From Polyangiales bacterium (GTDB taxonomy: Bacteria; Myxococcota_A; Polyangia; Polyangiales; Houyiibacteriaceae): 64,000 nt of DNA. The DNA is taken from positions 8,390-72,389 of the forward strand of contig JBFGKE010000014.1 of NCBI GenBank assembly GCA_041576815.1, given 5' to 3'. Made by a program: the position numbers and the translations under genes. Position 1 is the stretch's first letter, and each line of letters opens with the position of its first letter. This document shows, piece by piece, positions 36,668 to 49,561 of the stretch. The notes under the pieces are model-generated. The model was not told the origin of the DNA, ran no database searches, and was given only the letters and a program-made list of their open reading frames with translations.

Positions 36668-38092
36668 TCAGTCTGCGAGCGTCGGCCAAGCGCGCGCCTG
36701 CTCGAGCTCGAGCGCAAGCTCCAACAGTGTGCGCTCACCCCCGAGAGCGGCCGCAAGCTGCACGCCGAGGGGGAGCCCGTCCCGGCTTTGGCCGAGTGGA
36801 AGCGAAACCGCTGGCCCCCCGGCGACGTTCTGCATCGGGGTAAAGGGAATGAACCACTTCAAGCGCTCTAGGGCGGTATCGAAGTCGACGTCCGGGCCGA
36901 TGTAACCGTGCTCGGGCGGAGGCATGCCGACGGTCGGGTTCATGAGCACGTCATAGCGGTCGAATCCGCGCGCGTACCGTCGTGCAAATCCACGCAGACG
37001 AAGAACCGCGCCGGGCGCCCGATGCGCACGGCCCGTGAAATAGCGCGCCAACCCCTCGGTGAACGGCTCGATTCTCGACCGGTCGAATTCGGGATGGATG
37101 AGCTTGGTTCCAAATCGCGTGATAGCGAACGCCATGCTCGCCCAAAACAAGAAGAAATCTTCATGGAAGCTGTCTTCGAAGGGCGGCGTCACGTGCTCGA
37201 CCGTGTGCCCGAGGCTTTCGAGAAGCCTCGCCGCCTCGTTGCAGGCAGCGGTGCAATCCGGATGAGACGGTGTCTGATCGTCGAGCTCCGTGAAGAACCC
37301 GACGTGAAGGCGACGGCCGGGGTGTGTGACCAAACCGATTTCGGGTAGCCGTGGGTTCCGATGGCGACGTTCGGCAGCATGATAGAAGGCCGCGGTGTCT
37401 CGAACCGAACGGCTCACCATGCCCTGATGAAGAATGTTGATCGGGAGTAGGTGCGAGCCCTCCACCTCGGCAAGCCGCCCGCGGGATGGCTTCAAGCCGA
37501 CGAGACCGCAGCACGATGCGGGAATGCGAATCGATCCTCCGCCGTCGTTCGCGTGGGCCAGAGGCACCACCCCTGCGGCCACCAACGCGGCGGCACCCCC
37601 CGACGAGCCGCCAGGGGAAACACCGAGCCGCCAGGGGTTGTGGGTGGGGCCGTACACGAGCGCTTCGGTCGTGCCCGTGAGGCCGAGCTCCGGCGTCGTG
37701 GTTTTGCCGAGGTTGATCAGACCGAGCGACAGGAACTGCTTCACGAAAGGCGTGCTCTCCCTCGAAGGCGTGGTTGGCAGCCCGCGCGAGCCGAAGCGCA
37801 TGGGCGATCCCTCGACGGCATCGGTGTCTTTGATGAACGTCGGCACACCCGCGAAAGGCCCTGCGCACGGCGTCTCGGCCGCTGTGCGCGCCGCCTCGAA
37901 CAGCGGCGCCGCAATCGCGTTGAGCAACGGATCGACCCGCTCCGCCCGCGCGATTGCGGCTTCGACCGCTTCTCGGGAGCTAATCTCGCCGTCCCTGATG
38001 CGACGCGCGATCTCGACGGCGTCGGCTTTTCCGAGCACGTCGCCGCAGAACGAGGTCACCTGGCGGGTCTGGGGTACACCATCAACTCGCAC
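36668..38092 (-). CDS. Amidase-signature family amidase
   Basis: GGSSGGAAALVAAG...GGGSIRIPASCCGLVGLKPSRG. Confidence 0.9.
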   Translation of the reverse strand: MRVDGVPQTRQVTSFCGDVLGKADAVEIARRIRDGEISSREAVEAAIARAERVDPLLNAIAAPLFEAARTAAETPCAGPFAGVPTFIKDTDAVEGSPMRFGSRGLPTTPSRESTPFVKQFLSLGLINLGKTTTPELGLTGTTEALVYGPTHNPWRLGVSPGGSSGGAAALVAAGVVPLAHANDGGGSIRIPASCCGLVGLKPSRGRLAEVEGSHLLPINILHQGMVSRSVRDTAAFYHAAERRHRNPRLPEIGLVTHPGRRLHVGFFTELDDQTPSHPDCTAACNEAARLLESLGHTVEHVTPPFEDSFHEDFFLFWASMAFAITRFGTKLIHPEFDRSRIEPFTEGLARYFTGRAHRAPGAVLRLRGFARRYARGFDRYDVLMNPTVGMPPPEHGYIGPDVDFDTALERLKWFIPFTPMQNVAGGPAVSLPLGQSRDGLPLGVQLAAALGGERTLLELALELEQARAWPTLAD

Positions 38093-38121
38093 CGGAGGGC
38101 AATATCACATAGCCTCGCGCC

Positions 38122-39069
38122 ATGGCATCCGGCTCCACCAAGGCGATTCTTGCGGCATTGTTCGCGAATCTCGGAATCGCAATCGCGAAATTCGTCGGCT
38201 ATTTCGTCACTGGCGCTTCGTCCATGCTGGCCGAGGCGATCCACTCCGTCGCCGACACCTCGAACCAGGCCCTCCTGCTCTGGGGCGGCAGTCAAGCCAA
38301 GAAGCACGCGACCGCGGAGCATCCGTTTGGCTACGGCCGCGAGCGATATTTCTGGTCGTTCATCGTCGCGCTGGTGCTTTTCTCGCTCGGCGGTTTGTTT
38401 GCGATCTACGAGGGCTCGCACAAGCTCGGCGAGACGAGTCACGAGCTCACCAACGTCGGCTGGGCCATCGGGATTCTCGTCCTCGGCATTTTTCTAGAGG
38501 GCTACTCTTTCCGAACGGCAGTCGTCGAGTCGCGCCGGATCAAAGGCAGCGCCTCTTGGTGGCAGTTCATTCGGCACTCGCGGTCGCCCGAGCTTCCCGT
38601 GGTACTGCTCGAGGACTTCGGTGCGCTCACCGGATTGGCGCTGGCTCTAGCCGGGGTGAGCTTGTCGGCGGCAACGGGCAATTCGCGATGGGACGCGTAC
38701 GCCACGATCTCGATTGGCGTCTTGCTGGTCTTGATCGCAGCGGTTCTCGTCTATGAGATGAAGAGCCTTCTCATCGGCGAATCCGCAAGCAGACCCGTCC
38801 GTGGCAAGATCGTCACGGCCATCGAGGGAAGTGAAGGCGTGGACGCGCTCCTCGACTTGCGAACGCAGCACATCGGGCCTGACCAGCTCCTCGTGGCCGC
38901 CGAGCTCAAGATGGACCCGGGCCTCGACACGGCTGGCGTCGCTTCGGCGATCGACGCTGCGGAGGCGCGCATCCGCCAGGCTGTGCGGATCGCGACGATG
39001 ATCTACCTCGAGCCCGATCTTCCCAAGCTCGATCCGAAAAGCGCCGAAGCGCATACTACCAATCGATGA
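38122..39069 (+). CDS. Cation diffusion facilitator (CDF) metal efflux transporter
   Basis: ANLGIAIAKFVGYFVTGASSMLAEAIHSVADTSNQ, with a C-terminal cytoplasmic domain. 315 aa. Confidence 0.9.
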   Translation: MASGSTKAILAALFANLGIAIAKFVGYFVTGASSMLAEAIHSVADTSNQALLLWGGSQAKKHATAEHPFGYGRERYFWSFIVALVLFSLGGLFAIYEGSHKLGETSHELTNVGWAIGILVLGIFLEGYSFRTAVVESRRIKGSASWWQFIRHSRSPELPVVLLEDFGALTGLALALAGVSLSAATGNSRWDAYATISIGVLLVLIAAVLVYEMKSLLIGESASRPVRGKIVTAIEGSEGVDALLDLRTQHIGPDQLLVAAELKMDPGLDTAGVASAIDAAEARIRQAVRIATMIYLEPDLPKLDPKSAEAHTTNR

Positions 39070-40087
39070 TGGCCGCGCCCCAGGTGAAACCCGAGCCGAA
39101 TGCGACGGTCGCGATCTTCATCCCGCGCTCCAGCCTGCCCTCGCCCTGCGCCTCGGCAAGCATGATCGGAATCGTTGCGGCGGTCGTGTTCCCGTAGCGC
39201 TCGATGTTGTGATAGAGCTTGTCTTCCGCGAGCCCGAGCTGTTTGGCGACGTACTGGTTGATTCTCAGGTTGGCCTGATGAAAGAAGTAGAGATCGACGT
39301 CGTCGAGCGTGAGGCTCTGCTTTTGAAACTCTTTCATGAGAGCGCCGATCATTCGCTCGACGGCGTTCTTGAAAACCAGTCGACCCTCCATGTGCGCGAA
39401 CATGAGGTCTGGCTGAACCTGCCCGACGCCCTCGTCGTTCTGCGGGATGAAGGGACGCTTTCGGATGTCCCAGACCTTTTGGGAGAGCGCATCGGCGTGC
39501 CGGCCGTCGGCGCCGAGGTGCCAGCTGCGAACGCCGCGGTCCTCGTCTGTCGCGCTGACGACGACTGCGCCGGCTCCATCGCCGAAGAGTGAAGCCACGT
39601 TCCGGCCGCGTGTAGTGAGATCCAACGCCGCGGAGTGCACTTCCGCACCCACGACCACGACGTTGTCGACAGCGCCCGCCTGGACCATCGACGCGGCCGT
39701 CGCCAACCCGTACAGAAACCCAGAGCACTGATTTCGAACGTCGAGGCAGCCCACGAAGTGGCCGACGTCCGCGTCGGTCAGCCCGAGCTTGGTTTGAAGG
39801 TACACCCCGGAGCCGGGGAAGCAGTGCTCGGGAGACAGGGTTGCAAAGACGATCAGTCCAATGTCGGTCTTCGAAAGCCCCGCACGCTCCAAGGCCATCT
39901 CGACGGCCGGTACGGCGAGGTCCGCGGTCCCCACGCCTTCCTCGGCAAAGCGTCGCGCTTCGATGCCGGTGCGCTGCTCGATCCACTCGTGCGTCGTGTC
40001 GATGCCGTATCGAGTTGCGAGCTCGGTATTGGTGACGACGTTGTCGGGAACGTGGAAGCCGGTTCCAGAAATGTACGCGTTCGGCAC
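39056..40087 (-). CDS. fabH: 3-oxoacyl-ACP synthase III
   Basis: ISGTGFHVPDNVVTNTEL...EWIEQRTGIEARR, NQCSGFLYGL active-site Cys, FHQAN, GNTTAATIP. Confidence 0.9.
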   Translation of the reverse strand: MPNAYISGTGFHVPDNVVTNTELATRYGIDTTHEWIEQRTGIEARRFAEEGVGTADLAVPAVEMALERAGLSKTDIGLIVFATLSPEHCFPGSGVYLQTKLGLTDADVGHFVGCLDVRNQCSGFLYGLATAASMVQAGAVDNVVVVGAEVHSAALDLTTRGRNVASLFGDGAGAVVVSATDEDRGVRSWHLGADGRHADALSQKVWDIRKRPFIPQNDEGVGQVQPDLMFAHMEGRLVFKNAVERMIGALMKEFQKQSLTLDDVDLYFFHQANLRINQYVAKQLGLAEDKLYHNIERYGNTTAATIPIMLAEAQGEGRLERGMKIATVAFGSGFTWGAAIIDW

Positions 40088-40215
40088 TTTACCCTCCAGG
40101 GCCCCTACTCGTGCGAGTATGACACCAAACCCCGAGGCTCGTAGTTAAATCTATAGTCGACTGCGAACGGCGCTTCTGACACGATGCGGCCGTCCGAGGG
40201 AGAGGGCGTTGGACG

Positions 40216-40794
40216 GTGAAGCTGAAGTACATCCCCAACATGATCTGCGTAGCGCGCATCATTCTCGTGGGGCCAATCGTGTGGAGCCTTTTGCAGGGGC
40301 GCTACGGCCTCGCGCTCGGCATGATTCTCGTCGCCGGTCTTTCCGACGCCCTAGACGGTTATCTTGCGAGGCGCTTCGACTGGCGAACTCGTCTCGGGGG
40401 CTTGCTCGACCCCGCGGCAGACAAGCTTCTGATGTTCGCGTCGTTCGTGACCCTGACCTGGATCGGGCTGGTGCCGCCGTGGTTCACGGCGATCGTCGTC
40501 GGGCGTGACGTGGTGATCATCGGGGGGACGACGTTCTACCAGCTCTTCGTCGCGCCGCTGCACGGTGAGCCCACGGGGGCAAGCAAGCTCAACACCGTGC
40601 TTCAAATTCTCTTCATCCTCCTGACGATCAGCCACGCATGGCTCGCCCAACCGCCGCAAATCGTGCTGCACGCCCTCGCCGCCGCCATCCTCGTCACCAT
40701 CGCAGTCAGCACCGCCCAATACGTCACCACAGGCATCCGCCGCACCCGCCAAAGAGAAAAAACGGGTCAGGCACCTTTTCGGAGGGGTCAATGA
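40216..40794 (+). CDS. CDP-alcohol phosphatidyltransferase (PgsA-like)
   Basis: SDALDGYLARRFDWRTRLGGLLDPAADKL matches D-G-x2-A-R-x8-G-x3-D-x3-D. GTG start. The last 12 codons lie inside a repeat unit. Confidence 0.85.
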   Translation: MKLKYIPNMICVARIILVGPIVWSLLQGRYGLALGMILVAGLSDALDGYLARRFDWRTRLGGLLDPAADKLLMFASFVTLTWIGLVPPWFTAIVVGRDVVIIGGTTFYQLFVAPLHGEPTGASKLNTVLQILFILLTISHAWLAQPPQIVLHALAAAILVTIAVSTAQYVTTGIRRTRQREKTGQAPFRRGQ

Positions 40795-40830
40795 AAAAGG
40801 AGTCTGGCACCTTTTTGGAAGGGCTAAGTG
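40758..40830. repeat. Tandem 36/37-nt imperfect direct repeat with core GTC(A/T)GGCACCTTTT
   Basis: Unit 1 is 40758-40793 and unit 2 is 40794-40830, about 28/36 identical by eye. It spans the stop codon of the phosphatidyltransferase gene, between convergent genes. Confidence 0.55.
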
Positions 40831-40835
40831 CGGCG

Positions 40836-41525
40836 TCACGTCGGCGGCGTCGGGAGCTTGCTGTTTGGAGTCTTGCCTTCCATGCGGTGTGCCACGAAAT
40901 CCGCGAGCGACTGGTGTTGTAGATACGGGTTTTCTTTGAGCTCTTCGTCGAGCGTCGACACGGTGACGGGGCCGTAGTTGTGGCCCGGATACATGCGGGT
41001 CTCCCTCGGTAAGGCTTCGGTGAGGCTCTTGAGGGTTTGATACATGACCCCGGGGTCGCCGCCGACGAAATCGCAGCGTCCGCAGCCCTGAATGAACAAG
41101 GTGTCGCCGGTCACGATCGCGTCGCGAATCCGATAAGTGGTCGAGCCCGGCGTGTGCCCGGGCGTATGTACCATCGTCAGGTCGAGGTCTTCACCGATGC
41201 GCACGACATCGCCAGGGCTACTTCGACGAAGGTTCTCGCATTGGAAGCCGGAGAAGTCGATCTCCTCCCCGAGCATGTGAACCGGTACGTCGCGCTTTTC
41301 GAGAATCGCATCGACACGATTGACGTGATCGAAGTGGCTGTGTGTGCAGAGGATGTCGGTGATTTCGACGTCGAGGCGCTCGGCCTCCGCAAGGATGAAA
41401 TCGGCGTCCCAGGCGGGGTCGACGACCGCGCACCGGCGGGTGGCCCGATCGCCGATGAAATAAATGAAATTTTCCCAGGGCCCCAGCTCGAACTGATGGA
41501 CGAAGATGCCCGACTCGCCCGCCAT
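40836..41525 (-). CDS. MBL-fold metallo-hydrolase (glyoxalase II-like thioesterase)
   Basis: CTHSHFDHV (HxHxDH), HTPGHTPGS. Starts 1 nt after the stop of the upstream dehydrogenase gene. Confidence 0.85.
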   Translation of the reverse strand: MAGESGIFVHQFELGPWENFIYFIGDRATRRCAVVDPAWDADFILAEAERLDVEITDILCTHSHFDHVNRVDAILEKRDVPVHMLGEEIDFSGFQCENLRRSSPGDVVRIGEDLDLTMVHTPGHTPGSTTYRIRDAIVTGDTLFIQGCGRCDFVGGDPGVMYQTLKSLTEALPRETRMYPGHNYGPVTVSTLDEELKENPYLQHQSLADFVAHRMEGKTPNSKLPTPPT

Positions 41526-41526
41526 G

Positions 41527-43411
<1,885 letters not shown>

Positions 43412-43462
43412 GGGGGCGGAGTATATGGAAGGGTGCCGCTCGCCGCTACGGAAAGCGACCGA

Positions 43463-44536
43463 ATGAAATCCAACAAACGACGCCTCTCCTTTCGCGATCG
43501 CTACCTGACCCTCTGGATCTTCGCCGCCATGGGCTTCGGCGTGGCGCTCGGCCGCCTCGTCCCGGGCGTCGCCGACGCGCTCGATGCGATGAGCATCGGG
43601 ACGACGTCGATTCCAATAGCCGTCGGGTTGATCCTCATGATGTACCCGCCGCTCGCCAAAGTCCGTTACGAGAAGATGGGGCGGATCTTTCGAAACAAGA
43701 AGGTTCTCTCTCTGTCGCTCGTCCAGAACTGGATCATCGGGCCGATGCTGATGTTCGGGCTGGCGATCACGTTTCTGCCGGACAAGCCCGAGTACATGGT
43801 AGGGCTGATCGTAATCGGCCTGGCGCGCTGCATCGCCATGGTCATCGTGTGGAACGACCTCGCCCGCGGCGATCGCGAGTACGCGGCGGGACTGGTGGCG
43901 TTCAATTCGATCTTCCAGATCCTGTTCTTTTCCATATACGCGTGGTTTTTCGTGACCTGGCTGCCCGGGAAGCTCGGCCTCGAAGGCGCCGTGGTCGACA
44001 TCACGATCGGCGAGATCGCAAAAAGCGTCGCCATCTATCTCGGTATCCCGTTCGCGGCCGGTTTCCTCACGCGCTATTTTCTGATCAAATCCAAGGGGCG
44101 CGAATGGTTCGAACGATCCTTTGCGCCGAAGATCGCCCCCATCACGCTCGTTGCCCTTCTGTTCACCATCGTGGTGATGTTCTCGCTCAAGGGAGACATG
44201 ATCGTCGAGCTTCCCTTTGATGTGGTGCGCGTCGCCATTCCGCTCCTGATCTACTTCGTAGTGATGTTTTTCGTTTCGTTCTTGCTCTCCAAGGTCGCGG
44301 GCGCCAACTACGAAGAGGCGACGACGCTGTCTTTCACCGCGGCCTCCAACAACTTCGAGCTGGCGATTGCCGTGGCCGTTGCGACCTTCGGCATCCACCA
44401 CGGCGCGGCGTTTGCGACGGTCATCGGACCGCTGGTCGAGGTGCCGGTGCTGATCGGCCTCGTGAACGTCGCCCTTCGGATCCGCAAACGCTACCGTCCC
44501 GCCATGGTCGAGGCCGAGGCTACCGCCGAAAGCTAG
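43463..44536 (+). CDS. acr3: ACR3-family arsenite efflux permease
   Basis: Trimmed to ATG 43463. [47 protein letters not shown]. Confidence 0.9.
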   Translation: MKSNKRRLSFRDRYLTLWIFAAMGFGVALGRLVPGVADALDAMSIGTTSIPIAVGLILMMYPPLAKVRYEKMGRIFRNKKVLSLSLVQNWIIGPMLMFGLAITFLPDKPEYMVGLIVIGLARCIAMVIVWNDLARGDREYAAGLVAFNSIFQILFFSIYAWFFVTWLPGKLGLEGAVVDITIGEIAKSVAIYLGIPFAAGFLTRYFLIKSKGREWFERSFAPKIAPITLVALLFTIVVMFSLKGDMIVELPFDVVRVAIPLLIYFVVMFFVSFLLSKVAGANYEEATTLSFTAASNNFELAIAVAVATFGIHHGAAFATVIGPLVEVPVLIGLVNVALRIRKRYRPAMVEAEATAES

Positions 44537-45144
44537 GACACGCGGGAAAAGGCGTACAGCATCTCGGTAGCGATTTGACGGCAGCGCGCGTCGTACAGAG
44601 CAGCTTCGCCGGGCGTTCCATCGGCGACTTTGGGATCGTCGTACCGTATCGCCAGTCGCGCGGACGCACCTTGAACGACGGGACACGCTTCGTCGGCATC
44701 CGAGCAAGTCATGATGGCCGTGAAGCCGTCCGCCGGATTGTGCGCATCGTCATAAGTCTTGGAAAAACACTCCACGGCCGGCTCATCCTCGGAAAAGGCG
44801 ACGCGGTATCGGGGGTTGTCCCCCCCCGGGGCGGTGATCTCGAAGCCGGCGCGCTCTAGCGCGGCCACGGCCCGCGGATTGAAAGCCGTGACTTCGGTGC
44901 CTCCGGAATGCGTGCGCACGCCGTCGATCCCGAAATGCGCGGCCGCCACCGCCGCCCAAATCTGCCCCACCTGGCTGCGCCGAGAATTGTGCGTGCAGAT
45001 GAATACCAAGTCCGCAGCTTTCCCGGCCCGGCGCTTCTGACCGACGATGGCGGCCAACTGGTCGAGCAGGCGCTTTCGACTCTGGGAGATTTCGCCGACG
45101 TGCAAGAGCGCGCGTTCGATGTATCGTTCGATCCGCGAGTACAT
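44533..45144 (-). CDS. arsC: Arsenate reductase, LMW-PTP / thioredoxin-coupled type
   Basis: Trimmed to ATG 45144. [10 protein letters not shown] (CX5R P-loop) and [11 protein letters not shown] (second Cys pair). About 60-aa N-terminal extension. Confidence 0.8.
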   Translation of the reverse strand: MYSRIERYIERALLHVGEISQSRKRLLDQLAAIVGQKRRAGKAADLVFICTHNSRRSQVGQIWAAVAAAHFGIDGVRTHSGGTEVTAFNPRAVAALERAGFEITAPGGDNPRYRVAFSEDEPAVECFSKTYDDAHNPADGFTAIMTCSDADEACPVVQGASARLAIRYDDPKVADGTPGEAALYDARCRQIATEMLYAFSRVS

Positions 45145-45196
45145 CGCTCGGTACCTACCGCGCTTTGCTCCGAACGGCGAGATCTCCTTGAGCAAC

Positions 45197-45796
45197 GTGA
45201 CAAAACGGTTGGCCCTGACTGCAGCGGTTGCGTGGATTGGCTGCAGTGACTCCGGAAGTGCTCCGGCACTGATTGCCGCCGTGGTCGAGTCACAAGACAA
45301 CATTGTCTCCGAAGACGGCGTGTTGGCCCTGACTTCCGGCACGCTGTCGGTTCAATCGGTCTCGCTCATCGGTTCGGGAGAGCCCGTGCAGCTCGTCGGG
45401 CCCGTCGTGATCGACCTCTCGGTTTCCAATCAAACGATGAGGCTTCTTTCAGACGTACCGGCCGGTGAGTACACGGGTCTCTCGATCGAGCTCGGGCCGA
45501 CAAGCGAAGGAGACGAGACTCTCGACGTGGAGATTCGATCGGTCGAGGATCAGACGTCGGTACGGGCGACCTCGCAGTTGAAGATGAGCGGAAGCATCGA
45601 CTTCGTCGAGGGGGTGCGCACAGTCTCCGAGGGATCGGAGGTGGAGCTCCGGCTGTTCTTGCGCGGCATGTTCTTCTATCTCTACCCGCTCAGCGACGCG
45701 GTGGAGGGCCGGTATGTGGCCGGCGAACCCGACCGGGGCTTTTTGACCATGGACCTAATTGGGCTGTTCGACCTGCGCGTATCGGAGATGCCATAG
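45197..45796 (+). CDS. Putative lipoprotein (DUF4382-like, tentative)
   Basis: GTG 45197 gives VTKRLALTAAVAWIGCSD, a lipobox. The track ORF start (45047) would overlap the divergent arsC. Confidence 0.45.
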   Translation: MTKRLALTAAVAWIGCSDSGSAPALIAAVVESQDNIVSEDGVLALTSGTLSVQSVSLIGSGEPVQLVGPVVIDLSVSNQTMRLLSDVPAGEYTGLSIELGPTSEGDETLDVEIRSVEDQTSVRATSQLKMSGSIDFVEGVRTVSEGSEVELRLFLRGMFFYLYPLSDAVEGRYVAGEPDRGFLTMDLIGLFDLRVSEMP

Positions 45797-46744
45797 CGAC
45801 GTGATTGCGCTCCCGGCGAAAATGGCTGCAATCGCGACGATGCTTCCCGGCGCGAGCAACGGAACACCCGTCAATCCGTGCCCCACGGTGCATCCGGCGG
45901 CTAAGGACGCACCCACGCCAAGACCCAACCCGCCGGCGAACCGCTTCCCCGCGTCCGTGATGCTCACCTTGGACGCACCGATCGGCCCCGTAGCACGAGC
46001 TGCCAGAAACGCGCCGACCGGAATACCGAGCACGAAGAGCACATCCCATGTCAGGAAACGGCGAAGCGGCTCGGCAAACACCCCGACGGTCCCCGGAATG
46101 ATGGCCATGCCGAAGTCCCGCGCGCCGAGGCTCGACAGCGGCCAAGCGAGAGCACCGAGCACGCCAATCGCGATGCCCGTTCGGCGCCAAGACCAGTCTC
46201 CCGCAACGCCTGGAGCAGTACGCCAAAGCGCGGCGATCACGACGACGCCGGCGATCGGCGCGTACGCCCAGACCTCGAGCGCGCCGTCGCCGACGGACGG
46301 CCCCATCGCTTGTACCGCCGCGCGGAAACCCGACAGCGGTCCGAGCTCGAGCAGAACGGCGCCAAGGGCCATCCCCAACACCGCCGCAACCGAGCCGATG
46401 CTGCCCGAACCCGCCTTGTACCAAACCCCTGCAGCGCACCCACCGGCCCACCGCATCGACGCGCCGAACAGCAAGCCCCCAACGACGGCGCCTACCGGCA
46501 ACAAGGCTGGATAGGTGGGGCTCGACAACCCGGCGGCAAAGACCACCGGAACCGCAACCATCTGCAGCGCAATCGCAAGCGCGTAAGCTTTGACTTTGGT
46601 CGTATTGCGCTCCGCAACCGCCATGCGGAAGCCGGAGTTCATGCAGAAGGCCCCGCGCTGCGATACGTAGCCGTAGCCGGCGCCGATGACGAGTCCCGTG
46701 ACCGCTGCAAAGTACGTCATTCCCAACGAAGTAGGATACCCCAA
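45755..46744 (-). CDS. YeeE/YedE-family sulfur-compound transporter
   Basis: QRGAFCMNSGFR and a second half with GGCAAG/AAGCTVGHG motifs. Polytopic membrane protein. Confidence 0.8.
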   Translation of the reverse strand: MGYPTSLGMTYFAAVTGLVIGAGYGYVSQRGAFCMNSGFRMAVAERNTTKVKAYALAIALQMVAVPVVFAAGLSSPTYPALLPVGAVVGGLLFGASMRWAGGCAAGVWYKAGSGSIGSVAAVLGMALGAVLLELGPLSGFRAAVQAMGPSVGDGALEVWAYAPIAGVVVIAALWRTAPGVAGDWSWRRTGIAIGVLGALAWPLSSLGARDFGMAIIPGTVGVFAEPLRRFLTWDVLFVLGIPVGAFLAARATGPIGASKVSITDAGKRFAGGLGLGVGASLAAGCTVGHGLTGVPLLAPGSIVAIAAIFAGSAITSLWHLRYAQVEQPN

Positions 46745-46769
46745 TCCCGAGCGATGAGGAGTCGAGCCC

Positions 46770-48899
46770 TCAGAGCTCGAGCGTGCGCAGGCGGAGGGAG
46801 TTCGCGATGACGGAAACCGAGCTGAAGCTCATCGCGGCGGCTGCAACCATTGGACTGAGGAGAACGCCGAAAACCGGATAGGCGACGCCCGCCGCGATCG
46901 GCACCCCCAGCGCGTTGTACACGAACGCGAAGAAGAGGTTTTGCTTGATGTTGGCCATGGTCGCCCGGCTGAGCTTTCGCGCGCGCACGATGCCTCGAAG
47001 GTCCCCTTTGACGAGCGTTGCCCCGGCGCTTTCGATCGCGACGTCGGTGCCGGTCCCCATCGCGATGCCCACGTCCGATTGCGCCAAAGCGGGAGCGTCG
47101 TTGATGCCGTCGCCCGCCATGGCCACGACGCGCCCCTCTCGTTGGAGCCGTTTGACGGCCTCTGCCTTCGCGTCCGGCAGAACCTCCGCGATCACTTCGT
47201 CAATCGAAAGCGTTGCAGCAACCGACTCCGCGGTCTGGCGATTGTCGCCGGTGAGCATGACCACGCGGAGCCCTTCTTGGTGAAGCAAGGCGATCGCGCT
47301 CCGGGCGCTGTCCTTGATCGGATCGGCCACGCCCAGAATCGCGGCAACCTCGCCATCCAGCACGGCGAACACGACCGTTTGACCCTCCCGGCGAAGCACA
47401 TCCGCTCGTTCGGCGAGTGGGCCGGCTGACAATGCGAGCTCTTCGAGCAACTTGCGGCTGCCCACGGCGACGACGCGCCCGTCGATCCGCCCCACCACGC
47501 CTTTGCCCGTGATCGATTCGAATGAATCCACGCTCGAAATCGATGCGCCGCGCTCACGCGCTCCCGCGACGATGGCAGCGGCCAAGGGGTGCTCACTCGC
47601 GTGCTCGAGGCTGGCCACCGCCGCCATCAATGCGTTTTGGTCGACGCCCGTAGCAGTCTCGATTGCGACAAGCGCCGGCTTTCCGACGGTCAGCGTACCG
47701 GTCTTGTCGACCACGACTGTGTCTACCTTGCGCATGAGCTCTATGGCTTCGGCATTCCTGAAGAGGACGCCAGCACTGGCACCCTTGCCCATTGCAACCA
47801 TGATCGACATGGGAGTCGCGAGGCCCAAGGCGCACGGGCAAGCGATGATGAGGACAGCAACCGCGTTGATGATCGCGTAAGCCATACGCGGCGCGGGACC
47901 GAAGAGCCCCCACACGATGAAGGTGATCGCGGCGACCGCGATCACGATCGGGACGAAATAGCTGGACACGACGTCGGCTAGCTTTTGAATCGGCGCACGC
48001 GTCCGCTGCGCCTCCGCAACCATTGCGACGATGCGCGAAAGCAGGGTCTCGGCGCCCACCTTCTCAGCGCGCACGACCAGCATGCCAGTTCCGTTGATCG
48101 TGGCGCCAATCACGGCATCGCTCTCGCGCTTGTGAACAGGAATGGGCTCTCCCGTCACCATGGACTCGTCCACGGGGCTGGAGCCCTCGATCACGATGCC
48201 GTCGACGGGAATTTTTTCGCCGGGACGCACTCGCAATCGGTCGCCCACGCGAACGTTCTCGAGTGCGACGTCCTCCTCGACTCCATCGTCTCGGATTCGG
48301 CTCGCCGTCTTGGCCGCCAAGCCGAGTAGCTTCTTGATCGCGGCACCCGTCTGGCTTCGCGCACGAAGCTCGAGAACCTGACCCAGCAGAATCAAGGTGA
48401 CGATTACGGCCGCCGCCTCGAAGTACACCGCGACCTGACCAGCGTGATCGCGAAAAGAAGCGGGAAAGATATGTGGAGCCAACGCTGCGACGACGCTGTA
48501 CCCATACGCGACACTGACGCCCAATCCGATCAACGTCCACATGTTCAGGCTTCTGTTCTTCAACGACTGAACGAAGCGAACGTAGAACGGCCATGCCGAC
48601 CACAGGCAAACCGGCGTCGCGAAAGCGAGCTCGAGCAGGGTCCGTGTCCTGGAAGAAAACAATCGTGAGAACAGCTCGCCGGGAACGAGATGGCCCATGG
48701 CGAGCGCGAACACGGGGATCGTGAGAGCTACAGCCACCCACAGGCGGCGCGTCATCTCGATCAGCTCGGGGTTTTCATCGTCGTCGTCCGCGCGAGCATC
48801 ACGCGGTTCGAGAGCCATGCCGCAAATCGGACAGCTTCCGGGCCTCGAGCGGACGATCTCGGGGTGCATCGGACAAGTCCACTCGGTGGGTCCGGCCAT
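46770..48899 (-). CDS. copA: Heavy-metal (Cu+-type) translocating P1B-ATPase
   Basis: N-terminal CPMHPE...CPICGM metal-binding motif, [25 protein letters not shown]. Confidence 0.9.
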   Translation of the reverse strand: MAGPTEWTCPMHPEIVRSRPGSCPICGMALEPRDARADDDDENPELIEMTRRLWVAVALTIPVFALAMGHLVPGELFSRLFSSRTRTLLELAFATPVCLWSAWPFYVRFVQSLKNRSLNMWTLIGLGVSVAYGYSVVAALAPHIFPASFRDHAGQVAVYFEAAAVIVTLILLGQVLELRARSQTGAAIKKLLGLAAKTASRIRDDGVEEDVALENVRVGDRLRVRPGEKIPVDGIVIEGSSPVDESMVTGEPIPVHKRESDAVIGATINGTGMLVVRAEKVGAETLLSRIVAMVAEAQRTRAPIQKLADVVSSYFVPIVIAVAAITFIVWGLFGPAPRMAYAIINAVAVLIIACPCALGLATPMSIMVAMGKGASAGVLFRNAEAIELMRKVDTVVVDKTGTLTVGKPALVAIETATGVDQNALMAAVASLEHASEHPLAAAIVAGARERGASISSVDSFESITGKGVVGRIDGRVVAVGSRKLLEELALSAGPLAERADVLRREGQTVVFAVLDGEVAAILGVADPIKDSARSAIALLHQEGLRVVMLTGDNRQTAESVAATLSIDEVIAEVLPDAKAEAVKRLQREGRVVAMAGDGINDAPALAQSDVGIAMGTGTDVAIESAGATLVKGDLRGIVRARKLSRATMANIKQNLFFAFVYNALGVPIAAGVAYPVFGVLLSPMVAAAAMSFSSVSVIANSLRLRTLEL

Positions 48900-48968
48900 G
48901 AAGGGAGAATACCGGCTGTCGGCAGGAAGCGCCCCCGACGCTTCGCTCGCCCTTGGCGAGCGGACGGG

Positions 48969-49331
48969 CTAGTGCAGGAGCAGGATGTAGAGCATGGCGC
49001 CGGCGGCGACTAGCAGGGCGCCGAGGGCGATCACGATCGGGCCGCGCATCGCCACGGGAAACATGCCGCGTTCGAGATTGCGCGCCACCCAGAGATAGCG
49101 GCTCACCGCATAGATCAAGCAAAGCCCACCGAAGCTGATGAAGCCGATTCCGGCCGCCATCGCGACCGACGGCTCGCCGCCTGCGCCGAGCCGCTCGAGC
49201 AGCACACCGAGCCCGACGAGACCGAGGGCCGTTCGCACCCACGCCAAGAACGTACGCTCGTTCGCTAGGTGGTCGCGCGCCGTGCTGTCGCGATTCTCGA
49301 CGATGTCCCCCACTGTGGGACGCCATAGCAC
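48969..49331 (-). CDS. DUF202 (YidH-like) membrane protein
   Basis: RDHLANERTFLAWVRTAL followed by three hydrophobic segments. Confidence 0.8.
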   Translation of the reverse strand: MLWRPTVGDIVENRDSTARDHLANERTFLAWVRTALGLVGLGVLLERLGAGGEPSVAMAAGIGFISFGGLCLIYAVSRYLWVARNLERGMFPVAMRGPIVIALGALLVAAGAMLYILLLH

Positions 49332-49561
49332 ATGCGATTCTGCCGTCTGACGGCAAGACTTGGTGCGTTAGGGTACGCCGGAAAGGTGATGGTCCGCGTC
49401 CGCAAAGACGAAGCTTTGAGTAAAAACCTGGGTCCGATCGTCGAGCTATTCGACAAAGAAGCGTCAGACATGCTCGAGAAAGCCGCACCTTCGTATTGAC
49501 GAGGGCGTGGTTCCTTGTGACTCTCGGCGGACTCTCGCGCGACGGGAAAGGGTTGATTCGA

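Noticed and set aside
48946-48960. CTCGCC-ctt-GGCGAG hairpin upstream of the copA-type ATPase, considered as a MerR/CueR operator.
   Set aside because: It does not resemble the long dyad within a 19-20 bp spacer promoter that is typical of MerR-family sites, and no MerR/CsoR gene is adjacent. It is more likely a weak terminator for the DUF202 gene.
49389-49499. 36-codon ORF (MVRVRKDEALSKNLGPIVELFDKEASDMLEKAAPSY) in the 230-bp gap upstream of the second DctP gene.
   Set aside because: GC3 is only moderate (about 60 percent by my count), RBS spacing is poor and I recognise no family. It could be a gene remnant or a leader peptide, but the sequence alone does not support it.
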